A DNA stretch of 64,000 bases. It comes from an uncultured Rivularia sp. Its GTDB lineage: Bacteria; Cyanobacteriota; Cyanobacteriia; Cyanobacteriales; Nostocaceae. This document shows, one piece after another, positions 10,563 through 21,061 of this stretch. The stretch spans positions 2,464,001 through 2,528,000 of the forward strand of contig OY762007.1 of the NCBI GenBank assembly GCA_963665115.1, in the 5' to 3' direction. How positions within the stretch are numbered: the first letter of the stretch is position 1; each line of letters begins with the position of its first letter. The notes beneath the pieces were generated by a model that was given only the letters and a program-made list of their open reading frames with translations, was not told where the DNA came from and ran no database searches. A program made the translations under genes and the position numbers.

Positions 10563-11144
10563 TCACCTTTTTACCGCACCCTTCAGCAGCAAAGCAATCA
10601 AATCTGCGACTAACTGGCGATCGCCTTTAACTCCATAGCGCTTAAAAGTGTAAAGTGCTTCAATGGAAGATATAAAAGCACCACCAATAAAACCTGGATC
10701 TTGCTGTAAATCATCTTGTAAATCATCGCGATATCTAGCAAACAACTCCTCAATCGGTGCAAACGCGCCTTGGTACATAGCAGATTCGAGTTGAGCGGCT
10801 TTATTAGTAGATAATTGCGGTAAATCGGTTAAAATCATCCTCCCCCCATTCAAAGGAGGTTGCTCGATTAACCACATTCCCACAGAAAACAAACAACTTT
10901 CTAAATCTGGATTTGCTTGAGCTATTAATTTTTTTAAAACAGCGCTACGGCGTTCTAAATGACGCAGCATTACCTCTACGTACAAATCTTCCTTTCCCAA
11001 AGGAAAATGATAGTAAAGCGAAGCCTGTTTTATACCCAACGCTTTGGCAATATCCTTTAACGTCACGGCAGTATAGCCACGAGAGGTAAATAGCTGCTCT
11101 GCGGTATCAAGGAGATTTTCTCGCGATGATTGCTGTTTACTCAT
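10563..11144 (-). CDS. TetR/AcrR family transcriptional regulator
   Basis: 'LFTSRGYTAVTLKDIAKALGIKQASLYYHF' HTH. Confidence 0.9.
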   Translation of the reverse strand: MSKQQSSRENLLDTAEQLFTSRGYTAVTLKDIAKALGIKQASLYYHFPLGKEDLYVEVMLRHLERRSAVLKKLIAQANPDLESCLFSVGMWLIEQPPLNGGRMILTDLPQLSTNKAAQLESAMYQGAFAPIEELFARYRDDLQDDLQQDPGFIGGAFISSIEALYTFKRYGVKGDRQLVADLIALLLKGAVKR

Positions 11145-11146
11145 AT

Positions 11147-11166
11147 TACCTAACTTAAATTAGGTA
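11147..11166. promoter_or_regulatory. Putative TetR autoregulatory operator TACCTA-N8-TAGGTA
   Basis: TACCTAACTTAAATTAGGTA, 2 bp upstream of the TetR start codon. Confidence 0.7.
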
Positions 11167-11391
11167 GATAGTTTTTGTCAAGACGATAAAAAAGTTTGTA
11201 GTAAGGGCTTCAGCCCTTTAATTTGAGGGCTAAAACCGCCACGTAGAACCCATTAATTAAATATAAATTTAGTTTACGCAAACATTCCTTAACAATCTTA
11301 ATATTCGTAAAGCACTCTTAACAATCGCGATAGTAAACATTCAAATTATGGGAACATAAATACAATCAACGTTGATATTTAGAATTTATAG

Positions 11392-12408
<1,017 letters not shown>

Positions 12409-12526
12409 AATATAATGTTATGTTCCCAGGCTTCGGTTTGGGAATGTATTTACAAAATCACACTTTTATATATTTATTGTAAAATGCCCATTTTTTCATA
12501 TGTCTTTAACCCAAACTACTATGTTT

Positions 12527-12887
12527 TTAAATAGGATTGCTCAAAAACACTAACTGATTCTCCATATCTTGGGCTGACTTTGTTGCAATCAATTTCAAAA
12601 CTCGTCGCATTTGCTCGCCAATCGAATATTCCTGTAATGAGATAATAATTCCAGCGTGAGTTCGACTTTCATTGATAAAAATAGTATGTAACTGGCAGAA
12701 ATCACCAACATTAAATGTGTAAAAAACTCGCTGTTGCTGTGTCGCAATAATCAACTGTTCTTCATCACTCAAGCTGATTGTACCAATTTCTCCAACCGTC
12801 ACGATATCTACTCCTCGCGCTCTCAAAGCCTGAACGAATCGCCGATCCATTGAGTCCCTCATCTATGAATAATCGAATTGGACTCAT
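12527..12887 (-). CDS. DUF5615 PIN-like (VapC45-like) putative toxin; apparent +1 frameshift at 12856-12858
   Basis: The corrected N-terminus reads 'MSPIRLFIDEDSMDRRF'; 'SDEEQL...RVFYTFNVGDF...HAGII'. Its ATG overlaps the upstream stop (ATGA). Confidence 0.75.
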
Positions 12888-13171
12888 GTAAACGATCCCA
12901 TTTCTTTAGCTAATCTTTCATAATCATTTTTTTCAGAAGCAATATAAGCTTCAATCTCTTCTCTATTCGCATGATAATACGTCAGAGCCGCATAAACTTG
13001 CGCTAGCGTCACATTGCCCATACGCTCGACAATTTCCTCCGCATTCATCCCATTTTTGTACCAAACAGCTATACGCTGAACGGATATTCTAGTTTCAGCG
13101 ATGCGCGGACGACCACCGCAAATTCCTGCCGTGCGTACAATTAGTGTGCCAATGTCAGTAACGGCTTGCAT
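12884..13171 (-). CDS. DUF433 domain protein (putative antitoxin)
   Basis: 'GICGGRPRIAETRISV...LAQVYAALTYYHANREEI'. Confidence 0.85.
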   Translation of the reverse strand: MQAVTDIGTLIVRTAGICGGRPRIAETRISVQRIAVWYKNGMNAEEIVERMGNVTLAQVYAALTYYHANREEIEAYIASEKNDYERLAKEMGSFT

Positions 13172-13351
13172 AGCTTATTTTTCCATTTTTGCTCTTATCA
13201 TAACCTGATTTAAACAATTTTATCGTTATGAAAATTGACCGATTACTTAATGTCTATCTAAACTATAATATTTGGTTAATGCCCTTCTATATCTTTTATT
13301 AAAAATCAATTTTTTCATACTTATTAAACTAAAACTACCTATAAAATAAAT

Positions 13352-13663
13352 ATGATTATCCGTCCTATTTACTACCGAATTATTGAACGTCGCGGTTATG
13401 GTTGGGCTTTTAAGCATGGAAAACCTTTTATTAATCTATTTAATGCACCTCGGCTTGAGCAAGAGGAGGATTTATTTTCAGTATTTAATACTTCAATGAA
13501 AAAAGTCGCGATAGAACTCTTTCGCATCAACGGTGGTAAACAAGGTTATTACATCGCCAATATTTTGGATAAAAAATATTACTATTGCGGTACTGAGTGG
13601 AAAGATGTGAAAACGAAGTTTCGAGAGTTAGGAATTGGTAGAGACAATCCAATCAAATCGTAG
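13352..13663 (+). CDS. Hypothetical protein
   Basis: 103-aa ORF with ATG and protein-like composition; no family recognised. Confidence 0.55.
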   Translation: MIIRPIYYRIIERRGYGWAFKHGKPFINLFNAPRLEQEEDLFSVFNTSMKKVAIELFRINGGKQGYYIANILDKKYYYCGTEWKDVKTKFRELGIGRDNPIKS

Positions 13664-13732
13664 TTTGCTTAAAACACTAGGATGAAAACCGCTATATTGA
13701 AAGCTTACAATTAGAAAAAATAAATTTACAAA

Positions 13733-14359
13733 ATGGCTTACAGCGATTTTAAATTAGCTCAAGTTATCCAATCTTTTGGGTTAACAGTTCATGAAGGCTC
13801 TAGAATATTCGCTGATTTCCCCGAAGAAAAATGTAGCGATTTGCTTAAAACTATTCTTAAAGAGAATGTAGATTTAGCGGTTGCTATTAATACAGAAAAA
13901 GCCCGTTCTGAAATGATAATTAGCCCAATACTGCTTGAAGTTCGGCGTAAACTTGATAACAAAATTAGTTTATTTTCAGGAGTAGATTTTAATGTCGATA
14001 GTACAAGAGGATTAAATGGCTTCTGCGATTTCCTTATTAGTCTTTCTCAAGAACAACTTTTCATCCGGGCACCTGCAATTACTCTGGTTGAAACAAAGAA
14101 TGAAAACCTTAAATCGGGATTAGGTCAATGTATTGCAGAAATGATTGCAGCACAGCTTTTTAATGAAATGCAAGGAAATAAAATTAAAACTATTTATGGT
14201 GTAATATCGATTGGAACGATTTGGCAGTTTTTAAGATTGGAAGATAATAATATTTTCATCGATCTAAGTGAATATTATATTCAAGATGTTGAAAAAATTT
14301 TAGGAATTTTAGTAAATGCACTCCGACAAAATTTAAAATTAAACCTTTTCTTTTGCTGA
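13733..14359 (+). CDS. Hypothetical protein, PD-(D/E)xK nuclease-like (HsdR N-terminal-like)
   Basis: 'EKARSEMIISPIL', 'GFCDFL', 'VETK', 'GQCIAEMIAA', 'GTIWQF' pattern typical of a cyanobacterial multi-copy family. Confidence 0.65.
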   Translation: MAYSDFKLAQVIQSFGLTVHEGSRIFADFPEEKCSDLLKTILKENVDLAVAINTEKARSEMIISPILLEVRRKLDNKISLFSGVDFNVDSTRGLNGFCDFLISLSQEQLFIRAPAITLVETKNENLKSGLGQCIAEMIAAQLFNEMQGNKIKTIYGVISIGTIWQFLRLEDNNIFIDLSEYYIQDVEKILGILVNALRQNLKLNLFFC

Positions 14360-15526
14360 AGGTATCCCCAATTTATTTAAAGTAGCATCAATCTCTTCTA
14401 AAACTTGAAAATCTTCTTCAGGTAAAGTGCTATTACTACGTTTTTCTAAAAACGAAAATGCTTGTCTAAACTGATTTGGTGTTGCTTCTATTGGTGCATC
14501 AAAGTGACAAGGAATAATTCGTTTAAAATCCCACTTGGCAATCTTTTCTGCCCATGCGATTGTTTCTTCAGGTGCGCGATTCAGAATTAAAGTCTGTAAA
14601 ATTGGTGCTACGAATAACCTACCGTTACCTCGCAACGCTTCAAAACAACGCTGCCAATCATGCTTCCATTTGAAGGGATATAAGCCAAAATAAGCTTTTT
14701 TAGAACGTTCCGGAGCTTTAGCAGCATTGCGAAATACTTCCCCCCATTTTGGTACATCCAAGACGCTGGGACGAAAATATAAGCCAAATAACGCGATGCG
14801 CTGCCACCCTTTACGACGATTTTCGGGCGTATCTGCAATGATGTCAGTTGCTTTATCTCTAGCGTGGAAAAGTAAGGGGTATGTGTCTAATAAAGTAATT
14901 GCGGGAGGTTGTTCGGGTACGGAAACTATTGAGTCAGTAACTAAGAGAGTATTTGATGATTTATGCAACAATGCGACTTCCGCAAATCTACCAGCACCCA
15001 GTTCGATAGGGCCGAGAATTTCATAGTCAAATTGATTGCCGAAAGGTGTTTTGCTGCTGTCTTCTGGAAGTACTTGAGTGCGTTTTGCGGGTATGCCCAA
15101 CCAGCTTAGAGGAAGATTCACGGGAAAACTCCACTGTTTGGGTGCGACGAATATCTGTGAATCGGGAAAACGTCTGGCAAAAGGACCAACAAATACTTTA
15201 TGTTCTAAACCGGAGATAGTAGGCAAAATTATATACTTTACTCTACCGTGGGAAGCCACTAATTCCTCAACAAGACGAACGCATTCCGGCGTTGGTGCAA
15301 TTGGTGCATAAACCAGCAAACCGCCTTCTTTGAGCTTAACCACCGTCATGCGAATCGGGACAACAACGTAGAAAATGCCTTGAAGTTGGTCAAAAGTCCA
15401 AACTGTATCCTTAACTACTTCCTTACGGATGGTTCGCCGCTTACCGAATGGGTAAATTGGCAAAGTAAACCAGAAGTTCCATGAATAATCTTTGGAATTA
15501 TTTTGCTGTTCTAAGGTTTCAAGCAT
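14339..15526 (-). CDS. DUF4336 domain protein (metallo-beta-lactamase-like)
   Basis: 'IRMTVVKL...LLVYAP', 'GLEHKVF', 'TLLVTD', 'WDFKRIIPCHF'. Confidence 0.75.
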   Translation of the reverse strand: MLETLEQQNNSKDYSWNFWFTLPIYPFGKRRTIRKEVVKDTVWTFDQLQGIFYVVVPIRMTVVKLKEGGLLVYAPIAPTPECVRLVEELVASHGRVKYIILPTISGLEHKVFVGPFARRFPDSQIFVAPKQWSFPVNLPLSWLGIPAKRTQVLPEDSSKTPFGNQFDYEILGPIELGAGRFAEVALLHKSSNTLLVTDSIVSVPEQPPAITLLDTYPLLFHARDKATDIIADTPENRRKGWQRIALFGLYFRPSVLDVPKWGEVFRNAAKAPERSKKAYFGLYPFKWKHDWQRCFEALRGNGRLFVAPILQTLILNRAPEETIAWAEKIAKWDFKRIIPCHFDAPIEATPNQFRQAFSFLEKRSNSTLPEEDFQVLEEIDATLNKLGIPSAKEKV

Positions 15527-15954
15527 TTTCAGGAGTAGGGAGTAGGGAGTAGGGAGTAGGGAGTAGGGAGTTAGGAGTAGGGAGTAGGGAGTTAGGAGTT
15601 AAATTATCTAAGTATTGGTCACTGATTACTGATTACTTATTACTGCTCGCTGACAATAATTAATCTTTTTTCAATAAATTGTATTATCTCACAAACATCT
15701 ATTGAGTTAAATATTTAAGATTGCTTTGAAGTCAAAAATTCTACATCGAGTCAAAGGTAACTTTTTTTACGCTTAATTTTAACGGGTTGCAACCGCGTGT
15801 ATTTTTCAATAGTCTATGCTCGACTATTATTTTAAACAATCAAAATGCTATAAATAGTTCAAATAATTGACTATGTTTTAAGTATATATTTTTTTAAAGC
15901 TGTGATTTTTTCGATACAATATATAGAGAAATTCAGTGTTCAAAGTGAAGGCAT

Positions 15955-17016
15955 ATGATAGTAGGACAATCCACTCGTCAGAAAGTATTTGACACTAACA
16001 TTGAGAATTATCATGTTTTATTGACACCACAAGAAGTTAAATCAAAATTACCTTTAACACCGTCGGCGGAAGCAAATGTTTTAAAATATAGACAAGAGTT
16101 AAAGGATATATTAGATTTTCAAGATACAAGAAAATTTATCGTAATTGGTCCTTGTTCGATCCATAATACAGAATTAGCTTTAGAATATTCTCAAAGATTA
16201 AAGAAGCTTCAAGAAAAAGTTGGAGACAAATTACTGTTAATTATGAGGGTTTATTTTGAAAAACCTAGAACAACAGTAGGCTGGAAAGGTTTAATTAATG
16301 ACCCGGATATGGATGATTCTTTCCGTATCGAGAAAGGTATATTGACTGCACGGGAATTGCTTTTAAAAATTAACGAATTAGGATTGCCCGCAGGTACGGA
16401 AGCTCTAGACCCGATTATACCTCAGTACATCAGCGAATTAATTTCTTGGTCTGCAATCGGGGCACGTACTGCTGAGTCACAAACTCACCGCGAAATGTCG
16501 AGCGGGCTTTCGATGCCAGTCGGTTTTAAAAATGGTACGGATGGTAATGTTCAAGTTGCTTTGAATGCTCTACATTCAGCTAAAAATAGCCATCATTTTC
16601 TGGGGTTAAATCGACAAGGACAAGTCAGTATTGTTCAAACCAAAGGTAATGATTACGGTCATGTAATTTTACGTGGTGGTGGTGGGAAACCAAACTGCGA
16701 TCGCGAAAATGTAAAAGCCACCGAAGATCAACTCAAAAAAGCAGATTTAACACCAAGAATTGTGATTGATTGCAGTCACGGTAATTCTAATAAAGACTAC
16801 AAAAAGCAAGCTGGTGTTTTAGAAGATGTGGTAAATCAAATAGCGGACGGCAACACATCTATCGTGGGGATGATGTTGGAATCTAATTTACATGAAGGTA
16901 ATCAAAAGATTCCTGCCAATTTACAAGAGTTAAAGCATGGAGTTTCCGTGACAGATGCTTGTATTGGTTGGGAAGAAACGGAAAAAATTCTTTTGGCTGC
17001 TCACGAAAAGTTGTAA
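15955..17016 (+). CDS. aroF: 3-deoxy-7-phosphoheptulonate (DAHP) synthase, class I-alpha
   Basis: 'GPCSIH', 'RVYFEKPRTTVGWKGLINDP', 'AIGART', 'GFKNGT', 'IDCSHGNS', 'SVTDACIGW'. Isozyme identity (aroF/G/H) cannot be resolved. Confidence 0.9.
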   Translation: MIVGQSTRQKVFDTNIENYHVLLTPQEVKSKLPLTPSAEANVLKYRQELKDILDFQDTRKFIVIGPCSIHNTELALEYSQRLKKLQEKVGDKLLLIMRVYFEKPRTTVGWKGLINDPDMDDSFRIEKGILTARELLLKINELGLPAGTEALDPIIPQYISELISWSAIGARTAESQTHREMSSGLSMPVGFKNGTDGNVQVALNALHSAKNSHHFLGLNRQGQVSIVQTKGNDYGHVILRGGGGKPNCDRENVKATEDQLKKADLTPRIVIDCSHGNSNKDYKKQAGVLEDVVNQIADGNTSIVGMMLESNLHEGNQKIPANLQELKHGVSVTDACIGWEETEKILLAAHEKL

Positions 17017-17040
17017 TCAATAAACGGTGAATTTAGTGCA

Positions 17041-17162
17041 CCTACACCCTATAAGGGTGAGGCTATAGGAACAAAGCCTACCTGCGTAGGCTATAAAGAA
17101 AGATTCTTAGCCCACGCAGATGGGCTTTGTAATATTAGCCCCACCCTTATAGGGTGAGGGCT
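17041..17162. repeat. Four-hairpin dispersed repeat (relatives at 19387-19500, 42109-42294; partial at ~30822-30858)
   Basis: CACCCTATAAGGGTG / AGCCTACCTGCGTAGGCT / AGCCCACGCAGATGGGCT / CACCCTTATAGGGTG; lies between convergent genes. Confidence 0.65.
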
Positions 17163-17173
17163 TTTTTTATTCC

Positions 17174-17956
17174 CTATTCCCTGTTCCCTATTTTCTTTTT
17201 CCAAGGAAATAATCCGCCAACTTCGTCACGATAGCGTTGATATTGTTCGCCATAGATACGAACTAAATCTCGTTCTTCAAGGGTTATTCCAATTAATATA
17301 TAAAATGTAAATGTTGTTGATAAAACGAAATGGTCGAGTTGCATATATGGAGTTGCCCATATACCTATAAGTATTCCTGTTTGGATTGGATGGCGATTGA
17401 AGTTGTACATCCAGCGTTTCATAAATGGAAATTCCTGATAAGTTTCTCCTTTCCAGTAAAGATATACCTGACGTAAACCAAATAAATCAAAATGGTTGAT
17501 GGCAAAACTTGCGAAAACAAAATAAATCCAACCGCAGCCAAATATACCCCAAATTAAATATTTTAGTTCTATATTATTAACCGACCAAATTGTTATTTGT
17601 ATAGGCTGCCAGAAGTATAATAATGTGGTTAAAGCAATAGCAGAAGAAAAGACATAAGTACTTCGCTCCGCTGCAACGGGTATTTTTTGCGTCCACCACT
17701 GTTTAAAAACTGGACGTGCCATGATGCTATGTTGCAGTCCAAATAAAAATACTAAAACTAGATTAATGCATAGTGCTAAAAAAATAGAGCCTTGATTTGA
17801 AGATATTGAAGCTAACGGATGCTTACCAGCACTGTAAAAAATCAAATATAGTATAGTCAACATTGCGATCGCGTAACTAACAACACCGTAGATAAGTACG
17901 AGAAATCGTTTACCTTGTGATATTTGAGTTAGCTGTTGTTTGTTTGGAAACGTCAT
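17174..17956 (-). CDS. Methanethiol S-methyltransferase MddA-like membrane methyltransferase (ICMT/NnrU-like)
   Basis: 'FGLQHSIMARPVFKQWW', 'ERSTYV', 'INHFDLFGLRQV', 'RHPI', 'LEERDL...YQRYR'. Confidence 0.7.
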   Translation of the reverse strand: MTFPNKQQLTQISQGKRFLVLIYGVVSYAIAMLTILYLIFYSAGKHPLASISSNQGSIFLALCINLVLVFLFGLQHSIMARPVFKQWWTQKIPVAAERSTYVFSSAIALTTLLYFWQPIQITIWSVNNIELKYLIWGIFGCGWIYFVFASFAINHFDLFGLRQVYLYWKGETYQEFPFMKRWMYNFNRHPIQTGILIGIWATPYMQLDHFVLSTTFTFYILIGITLEERDLVRIYGEQYQRYRDEVGGLFPWKKKIGNRE

Positions 17957-18171
17957 TATATCCGCTCTGCTTTACCCAACCTATTACCATGCAAAGGTTA
18001 GATTTTAAGGTTTGTAGCGAGCGGTTTATTTTAAAAAAAAGTTCGTAGTAAGCGATTTATCGCCTCATGATTCGGAATTTGGAGGCGCTGAAGCGCTACT
18101 ACAAACTATGATTACCCGGCAAAATACTACGTTTTCCGGTTAGGAATTTTCTGTTACCTATGCCCTATGCC

Positions 18172-19067
18172 CTATTCCCTTCCTATCATCTCTTGAATAA
18201 ACCCAGGTAAAGCAAAAGCAGCTTTATGAATATCTGCATTGTAATAGCGTAAATTATGTTCTTTAACAAATTGAGTGGCTTTTTTTGAATCCAAATTATC
18301 AACGGGATGCTTGCCTTGTTTGGAACAATAAGTTAAACTCCACATTCCGGTAGGATACATGGGAATAAATACTAAATAACAATGTACCGAATCATTGCCA
18401 AAAACTTGTTTGAGACATTGATTTAAATCTGTAAAAGCCTTTTGATGAAAGATTGGTGATTCGCTTTGTACCGTTACTACTCCACCAACACGGAGACAGC
18501 GATATACATCTTGATAAAACGATTTAGTAAATAATCCTTCTGATGGTCCCCTACGGGATCTGAAGAATCAATTATTACTAAGTCATAGGAATTATCGGCG
18601 GCATTTTTAACAAATTCAATCCCGTCATCTATGAGTAAATTTAACTTTGAATGTTCTAAAGCTGAAGAAATAGTAGGTAAAAATTGCTTGGAAGCACGCA
18701 CCACCGCTTCATCAATTTCCACCATTGTGATTCGCTCAATTCCTTGGTGGCGAACTAATTCGCGAATCGTTCCCCCATCTCCAGCGCCAATTACCAGCAC
18801 ATCTTTGACATCGGGATGAGTCAACATTGGGACATGAGCAATCATCTCGTGATAAGCCGCTTCATCCGCTTCGGTACACATCACCATCCGATCGATAGTC
18901 AGCATTTTCCCTCTGTCGTGAGTATCAAATACTTCTACAGTTTGAAAGGGAGAGACTTCATGAAAAAGCCTTTCTCCTTTTAAACGAATAGATATAGCAA
19001 AATTTCCATTGCTATCTGTTACCCATTCGGTTGAACTGATTTTATTGGGTTGTTCTGAAATGGTCAT
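18172..19067 (-). CDS. speE: Polyamine aminopropyltransferase (spermidine synthase); apparent frameshift at CCCC 18548-18551
   Basis: 'YHEMIAHVP', 'VLVIGAGDGGTIRE', 'VEIDEAV', 'IIDSSDPVG'. The corrected frame continues 'PSEGLFTKSFY...IPMYPTGMW...YYNADIHKAAFALP'. Confidence 0.9.
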
Positions 19068-19683
19068 TTCAATTTTGGATTTCGGATTTTGGATTTTAGA
19101 TTTTGGATTGTTCTCTGTTCCCATACTTCAAATAAAATATGTGAGAACAACTGTAGATGCGTGGTAGATTACGAATGCACCAACCAGGGATTAAGTATAT
19201 GATTTTATGGTGATTGATTCAATAGTTTTCTTTTTATAAAACGGGAAAATACAAAAAAATATTTGAGCCTAAATAAAAAAAGATGATTTATCAAATTGTA
19301 AACTTATAAATAAAATTTGATGATTTTTTTAAATAAAATATTTAATTTGCCTTTCAACTAAAAACTATTTATTACTATGAGTTCTACCTTGGAATAAATT
19401 CCCAGGCTTATACATTAAGTCTTCTAAAGAAGACTGAACAAGGATTTCAGTACGTTTTAACGTACTTTGTATATTAGCCTTGAAATAAATTTCAAGGCGG
19501 GAAATCTGGCTTAATAAGAATGTTGCAAAATATTCAGTTTTAAAGAACTTATGCTATTTAAGCAATATACTTTGTTATAAACTAAATAAACTAAATAAAA
19601 TATAAAACCGCTATAAACGGACATTTTCTCAATACTTATAAACATTTAATATTATTTATACTACCCATTACTTATTACCTAAC

Positions 19684-21027
19684 CTAAAAAGGAATCTGAA
19701 TTAAAAATTCCGTTCCTTCTCCTGGAGAAGAAATACACTGCAAATTTCCTCCATGATTTTCAGTAATAATTTTATAGCTAATTGAAAGTCCTAAGCCAGT
19801 ACCTTTTCCTTCTGGTTTGGTAGTAAAAAAAGGTTGGAAAATATCATTCTTTACTGACTCTGACATTCCTTTACCATTGTCAGCAATTTTAACGGTAACT
19901 TGGTATTTATCTATAGTAGTTGCAATCCGGATATTGGGGTTTATGCAAGTACAATCTTTCCGGTTTAAATCTTGATCCTCAATTATTGATTCTTCTAATA
20001 TATCGATCGCATTAGCTAACAAATTCATAAATACTTGGTTGATTTGCCCCGGATAACATTTGACTTTAGGTAAAATACTATAATCCTTAACAACTTGAAT
20101 AGCGGGGCGTTTGGGATAAGCTTTGAGACGATGTTGTAAAATCATTAATGTTGCTTCTATCCCTTCATGAATATCAACTAATTTCTTATTTTCTCCATCG
20201 GTACGAGAAAAGTTTCGTAAAGACTGCATGATTCCTTTGATAGTATCGGTACCCAATTTCATCGATGACATTAACTTGGGTAAATCTTTGTCAATATGTT
20301 CTAAATCCATAACTTCCATTTGTTCTTTAACTTCGTAGCCGGGATTAGAACAATTTTTTTGAAAAAGTCGAACTAATAAAAGTAAATCTTCAATGTATTG
20401 GTTAGCATAATGCAAATTAGTAGAAATAAAACCTATAGGATTGTTAACTTCATGGGCAACACCAGCAACTAATTGTCCCAAAGAAGATATTTTTTCTGTT
20501 TGAACTAATTGTAGCTGAGTTTGTTTTAATTCATCTAAAGTTTGAGATAGTTCGGAGGTTCGCTCTTTAACTCGTATTTCTAATTCTTGCTTCTGCTTGT
20601 CTAATTCAATATTTAATTTACGCAATTTTAAATGTAGACTAATTCTAGCTAAAACTTCTTCTTGTTCAAATGGTTTAGTTATATAATCTACAGCACCTAA
20701 AGTTAAACCTTTAACTTTTTCTTCTGCCTCTGTAAGTGCGGTTATAAAAATTATCGGAATATCTCTGGTAGAAGGATTAGCTTGCAATCTCCGACAGGTT
20801 TCAAACCCGTCTATTTTAGGCATCATTACATCTAATAATATCAAATGGGGAGGATTTCTCTCAACTTGCTCAATTCCACTCGCACCATCCATTTCAACTA
20901 ATACTTCATAGCCAGCATTTCCTAAGACATCATGGAGAATTTCTAGGTTAGTTGGACTGTCATCAATGACTAAAATTGTTTCTAGTTTTTTATTAGAGTC
21001 AAACTCTTGCTCGTAAGATAAGTTCAT
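19684..21027 (-). CDS. Hybrid response regulator/histidine kinase (REC-HisKA-HATPase)
   Basis: 'ILLDVMMP', 'GVAHEVNNP', 'NLLANAID', 'FFTTKPEGKGTGLGL'. ATG at 21027 is preceded by an AGAGG RBS. Confidence 0.9.
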   Translation of the reverse strand: MNLSYEQEFDSNKKLETILVIDDSPTNLEILHDVLGNAGYEVLVEMDGASGIEQVERNPPHLILLDVMMPKIDGFETCRRLQANPSTRDIPIIFITALTEAEEKVKGLTLGAVDYITKPFEQEEVLARISLHLKLRKLNIELDKQKQELEIRVKERTSELSQTLDELKQTQLQLVQTEKISSLGQLVAGVAHEVNNPIGFISTNLHYANQYIEDLLLLVRLFQKNCSNPGYEVKEQMEVMDLEHIDKDLPKLMSSMKLGTDTIKGIMQSLRNFSRTDGENKKLVDIHEGIEATLMILQHRLKAYPKRPAIQVVKDYSILPKVKCYPGQINQVFMNLLANAIDILEESIIEDQDLNRKDCTCINPNIRIATTIDKYQVTVKIADNGKGMSESVKNDIFQPFFTTKPEGKGTGLGLSISYKIITENHGGNLQCISSPGEGTEFLIQIPF

Positions 21028-21061
21028 GTCAACCTCTTTATTTTCAAATAATTTTATAGTC

